Shown here piece after piece: positions 10,344-20,179 of a stretch of DNA of 32,797 nucleotides. Made by a program: the position numbers and the translations under genes. The notes under the pieces are model-generated. The model did no database searches. It saw only the letters and a program-made list of their open reading frames with translations, and was not told the DNA's origin. This stretch comes from Octopus bimaculoides (taxonomy: Eukaryota), in contig NC_068990.1 in NCBI RefSeq assembly GCF_001194135.2, positions 77,683,075-77,715,871 on the forward strand, read 5' to 3'. Numbering within the stretch: position 1 is the stretch's first letter; every line of letters begins with the position of its first letter.

Positions 10344-11457
10344 CAGGTGAGAGCTGGCAGAATCGATAGCACACCGGGCGAAATGCTTACTGGTATTTTG
10401 TCTGCCGCTAAGTTCTGAGTTCAAATTTCGCCGAGGTCGACTTTGCCATTCGTCCTTTCGGAGTTGATAGATTAAGTACTAAGGATCTAATTCACAGATA
10501 TTTTAATTATTTTTTGTTTTAACTAAACAGTTTTTGAAACTTCGAATACTGGTACAATTTCTTACGTAGACCACGGTTTTAACCAAATTTCGTATTTTAG
10601 AAGTTATTTCGTGTTAAAGTTGTCGTATTTGGGTAATTTCAACCAATCAACGACGTGTATCCGGTTGAAGAAAGCTACTGCTGTTTGAGATAATAATCGA
10701 AGAGGAACAACTTCCGGATCATCTCTACTAAATGTCACCACTCCGTTCTATTCGTATGTTGTGCCACCTTTACCCATTCTTCCTTTCTAGTCACCACCGT
10801 GCGTTCCTTACTGTTTCCTTCCCTTCTACACTATCAACCACCAACGAACTTGGCATTGCCACTACAATTACCGTATTTTCCGGTATATAAGCCGCTATTT
10901 GTTTTATTTTACTTTCATGTTTTGATAAGGTTACTGTTTTTTTGTCTAATAAAGACTTGTATATTGACGAAATGCGTTTGTTGATTATAGTAAGATAAAA
11001 TCATGACAATAACAATACATCTCATAGTTGTAAAATAAGGCATTTTGAAACTACATACACGACAACAACAAAAATGCTAGCTGAGGACTCGTTGCTCTAT
11101 GGTGTTGATTCTTCGAACAGAGTGGTGATATTTAGTAGAGATGACCCGGAAGTTGTTCCTCTTCGATTACCATCGCAAACAGCAGTAGCTTTCTTCAACT
11201 GACTACACGTCGTTGATTGGTTGAAATTACCCAAATACGACAACTTTAACTCGAAATAAATTCTAAAATACGAAATTTGGTCAAAAACGTTCAGAGTAAA
11301 CCGTGTTCTTTGTGGAAAATTCTACCAGTATTCAAAGTTTCAAACTGTTTAGTTTAAAAAAAATTAATTAAAAAATCTGTGATTGAGATTGAATAGATCC
11401 AGTACCAGTCAAGTATTGGGGTAAATGTAATCGACTTACGAAATTTCAGGCCTTGTG
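10344..11457 (+). mobile_element. Family A SINE split by a MITE (5' part 10344-10482, 3' part 11401-11457)
   Basis: Head GAGCTGGCAGAATCG..GAGTTCAAATT and central GTCGACTTTGCC..TCCTTTCG stop at ...TTAAGTACTAA; the SINE resumes at AGTACCAGT...AAATTTCAGGCCTTGTG. Confidence 0.85.
10483..11400. mobile_element. Non-autonomous DNA transposon (MITE or fold-back) with ~265-285 bp terminal inverted repeats
   Basis: 10483-~10748 is the reverse complement of ~11115-11400 (GGATCTA...TAGATCC termini; internal TTTCAACCAATCAACGACGTGTA and GAAGAGGAACAACTTCCGG blocks on both arms); no ORF inside; TSD unclear. Confidence 0.88.
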
Positions 11458-11489
11458 AAGAGGAACAACTTCCATGCTTAAAAAAATCT

Positions 11490-11556
11490 TCAAGCGGTGC
11501 CTCAGCATGGTCGATGTCTAATGCCTGAAACAAGTAAAAGATAAAAGATAAAAGAT
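11490..11556 (+). mobile_element. SINE/LINE-type 3' tail fragment
   Basis: GCGGTGCCTCAGCATGGTCGATGTCTAATGCCTGAAACAAGTAAAAGATAAAAGATAAAAG. Confidence 0.7.
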
Positions 11557-12094
11557 TACTTTACTTTCTGGGTTAAAATCTCATCAATTTGTCTTTTACA
11601 CTCTGAGGGAAAAGGTATTGACAAAGCAAGTAGCTGTCAAGTATTGAATTCAATATAATTGAATACATTACTCTCACAAAATGTTCGGCATTTTAGAAAT
11701 TCATATTCTATATTCTAACTGGTATTGTCGAGTGGCCCCAGGCCATCTCTGCTCCAGTAGACCTATGAAAAACAGCATTTTAGCTTGACTAATCCACTTT
11801 TATCTATTCAACCATAATATATCTTGGAATATCATTCAAGGTGTATTTTATTTTTAATGTTTATGACAATAGTTTAAGATTTGAGAATTTAGCTACTATT
11901 TCAAAATGTCCTGCGGCAAAATAAATATTCATTCGTTGGATCGTGAATCATTTTTATTATGTTGTCATTATTATTGTTGCTGTTGTTATTGATATTAAAA
12001 AAAACAATATGATAAGCAGCATTCAGAGATAACATTCTCGACGAATATGAAAATCGTTCGGTTAACAATATACTTGTAATGTACAGTATAACTA

Positions 12095-13383
12095 TCAGGT
12101 CATCACATAAGTTCTGTCCGAATTTTGAATAAAGAAAACAAGTGATCAAACGTTATATTTAATTGAAATTTAATCATCAATGTACTTTCCCTGATTATCT
12201 ATGACTTCCTTCCATCTATTTACAAGCTTTTTAATCCCATCAATGTAAAACTCTTTTGGTTTCAAAGCGAAGAGCTCTGAAATGTCAGTTTCGACCTTCT
12301 CCTGGCTTGCGAAAGTTATGTCCCCCAAATTATTCTGTAAACTACGAAACAAATAGTAGTCTGAAGGAGCAAGGTCGGGAGAATAAGGTAGATGAGGAAT
12401 TTTTTCCCAACCAAGCTCCTCGATCTTCTGTGATGTGATCTTTGCAGTGTGGGGTCACGCATTGTCCTGATCAAACATCACTCCTTTTCGATCACTAAAG
12501 CGGGTCTTTTTTTTTTACAAAGCTTGGTTCAAACTCTCTAATTGCTGACAGTAGACTTGAGCATTGATTGTTGCATTAGGTGGTAACAATTCAAACTGAA
12601 TTACTCCTTTGCAATCCCACCAGATAGTGAGAAGAACCTTTTTCCTATGAAGTTCCCTTCTCGTTTGTGGTTGAGCTTTCTCCCTTTTACCAAGCCACTG
12701 TTTACGGCGTTTAACATTTCGATAGAAGATCCATTTTTCGTCACCACTCACATGTCTATCCAAAAAGGGTGAAATGAGTTCGTGAGAATGGAGAGAAGAG
12801 CAGATGTCAACTCGGGATTTGCGGTTGCTTTCGGACAATTCATGAGGCATCCATTTTCCAAGTTTATGAACCTTTCCAAATTGTTGAAGATGACGATGAA
12901 CAGTTTTATGGTGTGAACTAAGCTTTATTGCCAATTCTTCAACTGATAATGCAGAATTTTCTTCAAGTAATGCCTCAAGGAGCTTATCATTAAATTTAAT
13001 GGACGTCCTGTTCGATCTTCATCTTCAAGGCTGAAATCTCCACTTCTGAATTTTGCAAACCATCTTCTACAAGTTCTTTCATTCAAGCATTCTTTCCCAT
13101 AAACTGAGGGTATGTCTCGAGTCGCTTCGGCTGCAGAGTTTCCTTTTTTGTACTCATAAAGCATTATGTGCCTCAAATGCTCTTTGGATACTTCCATGTT
13201 AGAAAGGGTTTTAATCAAAGAAATTTTAATTCTATTATTCTGTAAAATAATATTTAATTAGTTTAAATGTACACAAATGCATAGAAATAATTTTTAATTC
13301 TATTAGACTTTCTAAAATACTATTAAATTTCATTCAATTTTTAAAAAAAGGTAAAATCGGACAGAACTTATGACATGACCTGA
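12095..13383 (-). mobile_element. Full-length mariner (Tc1/mariner, DD34D) element, 1289 bp, decayed
   Basis: TIRs TCAGGTCATCACATAAGTTCTGTCCGA (from 12095) and its near reverse complement ending 13383, TA on both sides (12093-12094, 13384-13385); transposase inside. Confidence 0.95.
12170..13197 (-). pseudogene. Mariner transposase pseudogene
   Basis: MEVSKEHLRHIMLYEYKKG...WFAKFRSGDFSLEDEDRTGRP, WMPHEL (WVPHEL motif), GDEKW, DNA*PH, YSPDLAPSDYYLFRSLQN, GIKKLVNRWKEVIDNQGKY; frameshifts and stops split it into at least three ORFs. Confidence 0.95.
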
Positions 13384-13819
13384 TAAATATGTTTTAAAAA
13401 CAAATGACATATTGATAACGTAACGAATAATGGAGAATATAAATTAAATAGTATAGAACAATTATTTTCACGTTTAAAAAAGACGAGTTCATTTTGTGGT
13501 GACGGCTGGTTGGAAAAGATAACATTTATTTTTGATGTCAGCAAGGACAGAAGTTGAACGGAAAATAACGTGACAGAGAAGGGGTAAGAGAGAAAGGGGA
13601 AGAGAAAGAGAGAGAGGGAGTGAGAGAAAGAGACAGTTAATACAGATAATCCAAGCTTGAACTTCCGTTCGTTTCCAATAGATGATTTCTGGAGAGAAAA
13701 GAAAAGATTGTCTCTAGCTTTTCCAGATACGATTTAAACTGATGTCGAAGAGTGGGATTAGTGTATAGTTGCAGTGCAATTAATATTTAGTGCAAACATT
13801 GGTGATAGTATGTTTTGTA

Positions 13820-13854
<35 letters not shown>

Positions 13855-14940
13855 TATGTATGTATGCATATGTGTGTGTGCTTGTGTGTGTGTGGAGGAG
13901 GCGTCTATGCGTGTGGATCTGTGTATATGAGTGTATGCAAAATCAGTGTATAGCAAAACAAATCGTACATTAAATATAAAAAAATAACAGTAACAACGAT
14001 ATCGAAATGTTACCTTAGAAATAATTCATCCTGATATTTTCGAGCAAAAAAAAAACCTTTACAAAAGGTATTTATTTAAAGAATAAGAGACAGAAATTAA
14101 TTACGGGTTCATTATGTTGGCCTGTCGAATTATTGTGTGATACTCGAATTAGTAAATTTTTAGATGTGTAGAATTTAAGGCTGTCGATTGTATCCACGAG
14201 GCACAAGTGCCAGGGTGAGATGATGTGTGAGAGGAAGAATTGGGCCGAGTTTTGTGATGCTTTGCGACTATTGCATAAGATTGGTTATTTATAGTAATCA
14301 CTAGCATTCATTCAATTTGCTAGTTATTAGTCGTCGGTTTGTGTGCGTTTATTTATTTCTATGCATACTTACACTGTATATCAGATGCGATCCAGTTTGC
14401 AAACGCAGCAAATATAAAGTCGGTCACACTGTTCGGCCATCACACATCCGAATCAAAGAGAATCTCCAGTGATGCGCATCGCATTAAAGAAAATACTTTG
14501 AGAATGCCGCAACATGAAAAAAGAAATGTAGCTACCATTAAAACCACGGGCCCTTATATCGCTAATCTCAAGATAAAAGAAAAAAAATGTCGCTCTGATA
14601 ACAAAAGGAAACTCCCGACAGTTGTCATTTTGTCGTCCACAATGTGATCTTTAGGTTGCCAACGCCTCTTTGGGGCTTTGGAAACTTCATCACGATGTCA
14701 CATTGTACAAATTAAATTAAAGAAACACTAAATATAATTTTTAATAACTAGTAATAGTGAAAGTGTTGTATACAGTGCTCAGGTGCATACAACCAAGAAA
14801 AAAAAGGGATCAGGTGTACTGTTGGTGAATTTCAGGAAGCATGGAAGTTTTGAAGTATGTAGTATCTCGACAATCGTGCGGTAAAGAAGTCCGCTTCGCA
14901 AAGCCACATGCTTCCGAGTAACGATCCCTCGACAGCATGC

Positions 14941-14987
<47 letters not shown>

Positions 14988-15052
14988 GTATAGAAGGAGG
15001 TGACAGGTTCAAACAAATATCGTCCGGCTATTGACTTAGAGTCAAGATATTT

Positions 15053-15106
15053 AATCAATAACCGTGAGTTCCACAAAATGTTTTGTCGAAGTCACGGTTA
15101 TTGATT
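15053..15106. ncRNA. Candidate pre-miRNA-like hairpin
   Basis: Perfect 15-bp arms AATCAATAACCGTGA/TCACGGTTATTGATT plus inner TTC/GAA and ACAAA/TTTGT pairs; no recognised mature miRNA. Confidence 0.3.
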
Positions 15107-15364
15107 GCACACACGCGCACTCACATATATATATATATATATATATATATTTGCAATGTGTGTTTGTGCGTGTATGTGTGCGTGCGCGCGCGCATACGTA
15201 GGTAGATGCCTGTCTGAGCGTGTCTTTACATCTACGGATATGTCGAGTTGCATTTCCCTGTGATCAGAAAAGGTAAACCAACCGTTCGATAAATAGAGAT
15301 CAATAAAATAAATACCTGACTGCATTAGACATGATGGATTAAAACAGACACTTGAACACGTAAA

Positions 15365-15420
15365 GGGGGTACTCCAGCATGGCCGCAGTGAATTATTGAA
15401 ATCAGTAAAAGAATAAAATA
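15365..15420 (+). mobile_element. SINE 3' tail fragment
   Basis: GGGGTACTCCAGCATGGCCGCAGTG...TGAAATCAGTAAAAGAATAAAA. Confidence 0.65.
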
Positions 15421-15710
15421 ATAACTAAGTACTATGGGCCATTCTGCTTCTGCACAACATTGCACTGGACAAACTATGAAGGGAACTTGTACGTGTACGG
15501 TTGACATGCTAAAAACAGCAGCCTAATATCCCTAAAATCAGACACCTCAGCCACCTCGGGAATAGGGGATGTGCTTGCATTGTCTAAAATTTTGGTGGGT
15601 ATAATGAAAACATTTGAACATCCTCGTGAAAAATTTAATCACCAAAACAAACGGGCGCAGAATCATCTTTGGACTGCTTTAAACATTACTTTTCCATTAT
15701 TGGATTTATC

Positions 15711-16604
15711 TGCGGTATTTCGTCTGCCGTTACGTTCTGAGTTCAAATTTCGCCAAGTCGACTTTGCCTTTCATCCTTTCTGGGTCGATAAATTAAATAC
15801 CAGTTGCGTACTGGGGTCGATCTAATCGGCTGGCCCCCTCCCCCAAAAAATTCGGGCCATGTGCCTAGTACAGAAAAGAATAATCATTATCATTATAACC
15901 GTGTAAGGCGGCGAGCTGGCATAATCGTTAGCGCACCGGGCGAAATGCTTAGCGGTATTTCGTCTACCGCTACGTTCTGAGTTCAAATTCCTCCAGGATC
16001 GACTTTGCCTTTGATCCTTTCCGAGTCGATACATTAAGTACTAGTTGAACACTGGAGTCGATGTAATCGACACATCTTCTCCCCCAAAATGGATGCTCTT
16101 GTGAGAAAATTTGAAACCATTATTATTATAATTGCTAAGGCAGCGAGCAGCAGAAACGTTAGCACGCCGGGCGGAATGCTTAGCAGTATTTCGTCCGTCT
16201 TCGTGTTCTGAGTTCAAATTCTGCTGAGGTCGACTTTGCATTTCATCCTTTCGAAGTCGATTAACTAAGTACCAGTTAAGTGTTGGAGTCGATGCAATCG
16301 ACTAGTACCCTCCCGTAAAATTTCAGGCCTTGTGCCTTTAGTTGAAAGGATTATTATAACTATTAAGGCGGCAAGCTAACAGAATCGTTAGCACTCCAGG
16401 CAAAAATGCTTAGCGGTATTTCGTCCATCTTTATGTTCTGAGTTGGAATTCCGCCGGGGTCGATTTTGCCTTTCATCCTTTCGGGGGTCAATAAATTATG
16501 TACTAGTGAAACACTGGGGTCGATGTAATCGACTAGATTCCTCTCCCAAAATTTCAAGCTTTGTGCCTTTTGTAGAAAGGATTATTGCTAATATTATTTA
16601 TTAT
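15711..16604 (+). mobile_element. Head-to-tail array of four family A tRNA-derived SINEs (15711-15897 5'-truncated, 15907-16133, 16139-16362, 16367-16604)
   Basis: Each full unit has a GGCGGCGAGCTGGCAGAA-like head, B box GAGTTCAAATTC, central GTCGACTTTGCCTTTCATCCTTTCG..GTCGATAAA..AAGTACCAG and an (ATT)n tail; start-to-start periods 232 and 228 bp. Confidence 0.92.
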
Positions 16605-16867
16605 ACCTGTGTTTGTTTTCATATTAAGATTGAAAAAAAAAACTGACCTTGGGCCTGGATTTGCACCATTTAAAGAAGTTTCATTCCCGCGCTTATACTC
16701 ACCCACCATTTTAAGAAAGACGAGGCATTGTGGACGATATGCATCTAGATGCACTAAATTTGAAAATACAATGGGATTGATGATACCAGTTGACCTAGGG
16801 TTAAACATCAATTTCAGTAGAGCGTAAAATAGCGATAATGAATAATTGAAAGAAGGATACTTCAAAA

Positions 16868-16931
16868 ATGCTGATTGAACTTTACCTTTTATTTGTGATA
16901 CTGACAACATTAATGAGAGCCGAGGGGAAAG
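16868..16931 (+). CDS. Candidate first coding exon (signal peptide) of a secreted or membrane protein: MLIELYLLFVILTTLMRAEGK
   Basis: AAAAATG start context, hydrophobic core, A-E-G cleavage motif, consensus donor AAG|GTAAGC with a phase-1 intron; possible acceptor TTTCAG at 16817. No downstream partner exon identified. Confidence 0.45.
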
Positions 16932-17664
16932 GTAAGCTGCGTTTGGTGTGCATTTAACAACACCTGAACACTCCCCACGTCTTCTATCACTACAAGCATG
17001 TACACACATACACACATTCATAGAGAGACACAGACATTTCCAACTATGGCAATAGGAAGTTGGAAGGTGATTGAGGGTTTGTCCTCTATATCGACCTGTT
17101 TGCTGAACTGTAAATTAAACAGAAGCGAATATTCTGCAAGGAAACAGTATTGATTAGGTAAACGAGAGGAAAGATTACTTTACTGTCCTTGATAATTGTT
17201 TCGCTGTTTCCCTATTCACAATATGAAGAAGATCTCCGGGAACTTGTGTAAAAGTTACAGATTTATCACAAGCATTTGAGAAAAAGAAGGAAATCATATT
17301 CCAAGAATAGCTACTGGGTTTGGAGAATGTGGAGATGTAGTTCGAAGTGAGATAAGAAGAGATCCGCTTGCACGCATGTCGAGTGTAGAAATATGAAATC
17401 AAGAAATCTGAATCAAGCAAAATTTTTAATAAACAGAGAAAAAGAATGTGGTGGAGGAAGGTGCACGCGTGTATGTGTTCGTTTGTACATGTTTATGCGT
17501 ATGTGTTCGTTTTGTTTGCCTTGGCTGACTGAGTAATTGTATGTATGTATGGATGGATGAATGGATGGATTGAAGTATGTATGTATGTATATATGAATAT
17601 GTGGACGTGTGTATTTATGTGCTTGTGTATTTAGAATTGTTCAGTTGTTAAATTTATTGATATT

Positions 17665-17870
17665 GTCACCTAGCGGAGGCCAGCTCTGATCTAGAAGACC
17701 TATGATGAAAGAGATTACAAACTTGACTATCTCGATTTGAATTTTCAGCCTTAGTGTACATACGACCATACTATCCACCATGTTTTCCTGTTTTTAAGAC
17801 CATAGTGTGTGATTTGAGGGAGATTTCGTAGTCATTTCTCACAAGTCGAACGACCGTTTAGAAGTATTCT
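17665..17870 (+). repeat. Old unclassified interspersed repeat (family E), representative copy
   Basis: Diverged GACCTATGAT..AAAG..ATT..AGC..TGACCATC and GATTTGAGGGAGATTT.G.T.CTATTTCTAGCA blocks recur at about 30-100 (-), 11725-11905, 18035-18190 (-), 18545-18605 (-), 21425-21490, 22625-22775, 26030-26200 (-), 28660-28742, 28815-29010 and 32095-32140. Confidence 0.6.
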
Positions 17871-18860
17871 TCTTGATCAGCGTCGATGACTTCTTTAAGA
17901 TTTGAAAGAATGTAAAAAGTAAAGGGTGTATGAAAATCCCATCGCAATATGTGCAACTATAATTCATCTGATTTTCAATTTATTAGTTAAATCTAGTGTC
18001 AAGTCGATAAGTGAAACGGAAGTACTCAAGCTCTCATTGAAATAGCTACTCAACACGTTAAAAATGTAGCCCTTATGTGGCCGATAAATCTATTAGAAAT
18101 AACAATTAAGTGTCCCTCAAATTATACCATTCCATCTTAGAAAAGGCACATAGGATAATTTAGCACAAGGGTAATATCCGGATTCCAAACTTTCCCAATA
18201 CAACTCTCTCCAATGCTTTCTGGCTTTTCCTCTCACCCTCTCGTCACATCTAGCTATACACATAACTTTCCACTTTTCACTCGTTCGAATTACTTGCATC
18301 CTAGTGTTAAAACCTTTTTCCTCTTCTTCTTCCTCCCCTCCCCTCCCCTCCCACTCTCTTTATCTCTCTATCAGTTTATTTATCCATCTGTCTGTCTCTC
18401 TGTCTGTTTGTCTATCTAACTCAGATGGACAATTATCAAAAACATTAGATTTTCACCTCCCGTATCAAATCAATTCACTGTCATTAAATTTCATTTACAA
18501 ATGTTTATAAATTTACCAAATACGTTTGGATAAAATAAAAACGAAATGGTCACGCTTGGAATATCTTTGATCATACTTCTGCTCGACCAGGATTGATTTG
18601 AGGGTTAAACAACCCATCGACTATTTATTTCCAATTATAAATAAACGAAACTTGAACCGACCAATGTGCGCCGACCAATTAAAAATTAATTATAACAAAC
18701 TTACGTTTATATTTTTCATTTTGATTAGTAAATGTTACCTTTGGTTGATTTTAAGTCAATGCTTCACTGGTGTGCCAAAAGAAAAGATATCTAGGAACCC
18801 CAAGCATTTAAGAGTCTTAAAAAATCGTGTTGTTAACAAATATGTTGTGTACAAGTACAA

Positions 18861-19053
18861 GGCGGTGAGCTGGCAGAATCGTTAGCGCCTCGACATTTCA
18901 TCCAGCTCTTTACATTCTAAGATCCAATTCCCTAGATGTCGACTTTGCCTTTTATCCTTCGGAGTCAATAAAATGAGTACCAGTTGAGCGCTGGAGTCAA
19001 TCTAATCGACTTATCGACTCATCTAAAATTAATGGTCTTGTGCCCAAAATAAG
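18861..19053 (+). mobile_element. Family A SINE (internal deletion)
   Basis: GGCGGTGAGCTGGCAGAATCGTTAGCG head; GTCGACTTTGCCTTTTATCCTTTCGGAGTCAATAAAATGAGTACCAG core. Confidence 0.85.
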
Positions 19054-19102
19054 TATATAATAAAACTGAAGCCATTGTATACAAGTATAGATAATAAAAT
19101 AA

Positions 19103-19138
<36 letters not shown>

Positions 19139-20141
19139 NNNNNNNNNNNNNNNNNNNNNNNNNNNNNNNNNNNNNNNNNNNNNNNNNNNNNNNNNNNNNN
19201 NNNNNNNNNNNNNNNNNNNNNNNNNNNNNNNNNNNNNNNNNNNNNNNNNNNNNNNNNNNNNNNNNNNNNNNNNNNNNNNNNNNNNNNNNNNNNNNNNNNN
19301 NNNNNNNNNNNNNNNNNNNNNNNNNNNNNNNNNNNNNNNNNNNNNNNNNNNNNNNNNNNNNNNNNNNNNNNNNNNNNNNNNNNNNNNNNNNNNNNNNNNN
19401 NNNNNNNNNNNNNNNNNNNNNNNNNNNNNNNNNNNNNNNNNNNNNNNNNNNNNNNNNNNNNNNNNNNNNNNNNNNNNNNNNNNNNNNNNNNNNNNNNNNN
19501 NNNNNNNNNNNNNNNNNNNNNNNNNNNNNNNNNNNNNNNNNNNNNNNNNNNNNNNNNNNNNNNNNNNNNNNNNNNNNNNNNNNNNNNNNNNNNNNNNNNN
19601 NNNNNNNNNNNNNNNNNNNNNNNNNNNNNNNNNNNNNNNNNNNNNNNNNNNNNNNNNNNNNNNNNNNNNNNNNNNNNNNNNNNNNNNNNNNNNNNNNNNN
19701 NNNNNNNNNNNNNNNNNNNNNNNNNNNNNNNNNNNNNNNNNNNNNNNNNNNNNNNNNNNNNNNNNNNNNNNNNNNNNNNNNNNNNNNNNNNNNNNNNNNN
19801 NNNNNNNNNNNNNNNNNNNNNNNNNNNNNNNNNNNNNNNNNNNNNNNNNNNNNNNNNNNNNNNNNNNNNNNNNNNNNNNNNNNNNNNNNNNNNNNNNNNN
19901 NNNNNNNNNNNNNNNNNNNNNNNNNNNNNNNNNNNNNNNNNNNNNATATATATAGATATACACATATACAAACATATATACATATATATATGTATATATA
20001 TATCTGTATATATACATGCGTGTATACATATATATATATGTTAATATGTATGTATGTACATATATATACACACACACACACAGAAACACAAATACCCACA
20101 CAAACACATATATGCATACAAACATATACATAAGTATGCAT

Positions 20142-20179
<38 letters not shown>

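Noticed and set aside
13755-13780. GTGTATAGTTGCAGTGCA, loosely like miR-33
   Set aside because: Seed does not match and no star arm or hairpin is present.
14875-14940. Possible very old family B SINE head
   Set aside because: Too diverged to support; A and B boxes not intact.
15711-16604. Regularly spaced ~230-bp repeats as a CRISPR-like array
   Set aside because: Units are whole diverged SINEs with no unique spacers and no cas genes; eukaryotic context.
16554-17021. 155-aa minus-strand ORF, with a possible internal exon 16794-16703 (CTAG acceptor, GG|GTGAGT donor)
   Set aside because: No recognisable protein; it starts in a microsatellite, ends in a SINE and overlaps the better plus-strand signal-peptide exon. 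Worth re-checking if RNA-seq is available.
17190-17390. Stop-riddled frame with DLSQAFEK, faintly like the RT motif DLEKAFD
   Set aside because: Similarity limited to a few residues; no other RT motif nearby.
18655-18680. Tandem CCGACCAAT words (two CCAAT boxes)
   Set aside because: Short motif with no supporting promoter or transcript evidence.
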